Source: Priapulus caudatus (lineage: Eukaryota). Taken from it: a stretch of DNA of 52,334 nt. Location of the stretch: positions 417,430-469,763 of the forward strand of contig NW_014577076.1 of NCBI RefSeq assembly GCF_000485595.1, read 5' to 3'. The number at the start of each line of letters is the position of its first letter. The stretch's first letter is position 1. The translations under genes were made by a program, and so were the position numbers. Below the pieces are notes generated by a model that saw only the letters and a list, made by a program, of their open reading frames with translations, searched no databases and was not told the DNA's origin. Shown one piece after another: positions 50,749 to 52,334 of the stretch.

Positions 50749-52212
50749 CTGCGCAACAAATAAAGTACAACGTTTAGTTATGGCAAGCATTGCATGTTGG
50801 CCAAAAGTAGTTCGTGGAATTTCATGCTATGCTAAATGATGGTCTATATGTGAGGAAATGCTTTTTGTAAGAAAAAATCTCCTCACAATTTGGTGAAAAC
50901 ATGCAGTTTATTTTAACTTAAATGATTTTTACCATATATTCGTTTCAGGTATGCAACGAGATTGCGAAGTGGTAAACTTCGCTCGATATATTCGTCGCAT
51001 GTCACGTTTTAGCAACTTAAAGTGTAAAGTGAGGTTGTAGCAACTATATATATATATACTATTGATCGTACATTATCGGACGTATAGTACAACACTGGGC
51101 ACCAGACGCCAGACAGACGAGACTACGCGCTGTCCTTATCACCCACACACGCAGCTAGTACTCTCCGCTGCTACTAAGGAGGCCTACATCACAAATAGAA
51201 CGCCGAGAAGCATCGAAGGCGAAACTTTCCGTGCCCCGCGTCAATCAGTAGTACTGTGCGTATAGCGTACAAAAGGCCTATTTCCCGTTGACTTATTCAT
51301 ATCGAGATTGCTTCCGCTTTCCGTTCAATTCTGAACAGTTATTTTCTTTGAGAGTGGCGCTTTTTTAATGGCTCTGTGTTTTCTGGCTACGTGCAAATTT
51401 CAGTGAATGCGCGGTTGGTGAGCGGTAAAATTTCATATGCAATTGCAATTAAATGGGGATAGCCTGTTGTTAGACAACTACAAAGCTTCCGCATTCATCA
51501 CTTGTCTAAATAAACTTAAGCATTCTCCCAGGGTCTAGCAATGATTCTAGTCGGGGGCGACAATCGCATATTCAAAATCAATCTCGAAAAACGTCACGAT
51601 CAGCACACACACTTTCATGCCCATCCTGAGCCGGATGCGCACTAAATGAAATCTGCGAATAATTACCGTAGCGCGATTCGAAGCGGCATAGCTGCCGCAT
51701 CTGCAAGGTGGGCTTCATCTTCGTCAACATAATTAAGGCAGTTTGACGACGACGCCAGGGCCGCAGCTGGCTCAATATCACCTGCGCGTCGACAGATGCC
51801 TGCATGCGCTGCAGCGCTATTCAATACATGACACGCTTAGCAGCACCACCACAGGATCACGCGTTCAGAACGAGAGCTCCAGGGGCAGGCATTCATTTTA
51901 AACCGCGCAATGAACACGCTATAGAGCTTCCTATGTAAGTTTCGTAGCAAAGTCTATGAGCAGATAACAACCCCGGCAGCCGCTGAACACGTGTTGCTGA
52001 ATACGGCTTCACGAATAATCACATCGTACTTTTTAACTAGAACCTCAATGAGTACATAAATATCTGCAAGAAATCACGTAAATGTTTGTGTCGTACCTAT
52101 AAGAACAACTTCGCTTCGTCACGATCTTGTATTCTACAAAATTCAGGCGAAGATGATGGCAACTGCGAATGTGATCAATTAAGGTCCCATTATAACATAC
52201 GTAAGATATATG

Positions 52213-52247
<35 letters not shown>

Positions 52248-52334
52248 CGGACGCGTTTGACCCATTATATGGTTATGAAATGAAGAAGTGTTGCAGACGG
52301 ATTAGGGAGACCGGCAGTTATGGACTTCTCGGCG

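Noticed and set aside
50750..52334. Search for the CLK Gly-loop exon (LGEGTFG)
   Set aside because: No match found on the - strand; it presumably lies beyond the window.

Overview
Metazoan (probably marine invertebrate) genomic DNA with two convergent spliced genes and many transposon-derived repeats. On the + strand are six coding exons of archease (ZBTB8OS; 2210-12124, first exon upstream of the window). One archease intron carries a young Ty3/Gypsy LTR retrotransposon (2446-9804, 4-bp TSD AACA). Its indel-rich interior appears to have been assembled as two separately reverse-complemented pieces. On the - strand are eight kinase-domain exons of a LAMMER kinase (CLK/Doa family; 50748 to stop at 17037; 5' exons lie beyond the window), followed by a probable ~4 kb 3' UTR. 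The most interesting signal is in the 23.6-kb intron that splits the kinase N-lobe (27019-50625). It holds about seven short ATG-initiated, stop-free segments, each ending at a splice donor in the phase (2) needed to join the next kinase exon, and a phase-0 equivalent lies in the following phase-0 intron. This suggests an array of internal alternative first exons producing CLK isoforms without the ATP-binding lysine; it is an inference and needs transcript data. The same intron contains a nested stack of DNA transposons (Kolobok-like > CMC-like > MULE/hAT MITEs), a Helentron-type element with RFX X-box palindromes, and a 59-bp minisatellite. Several stretches look like uncorrected long-read gap fill.
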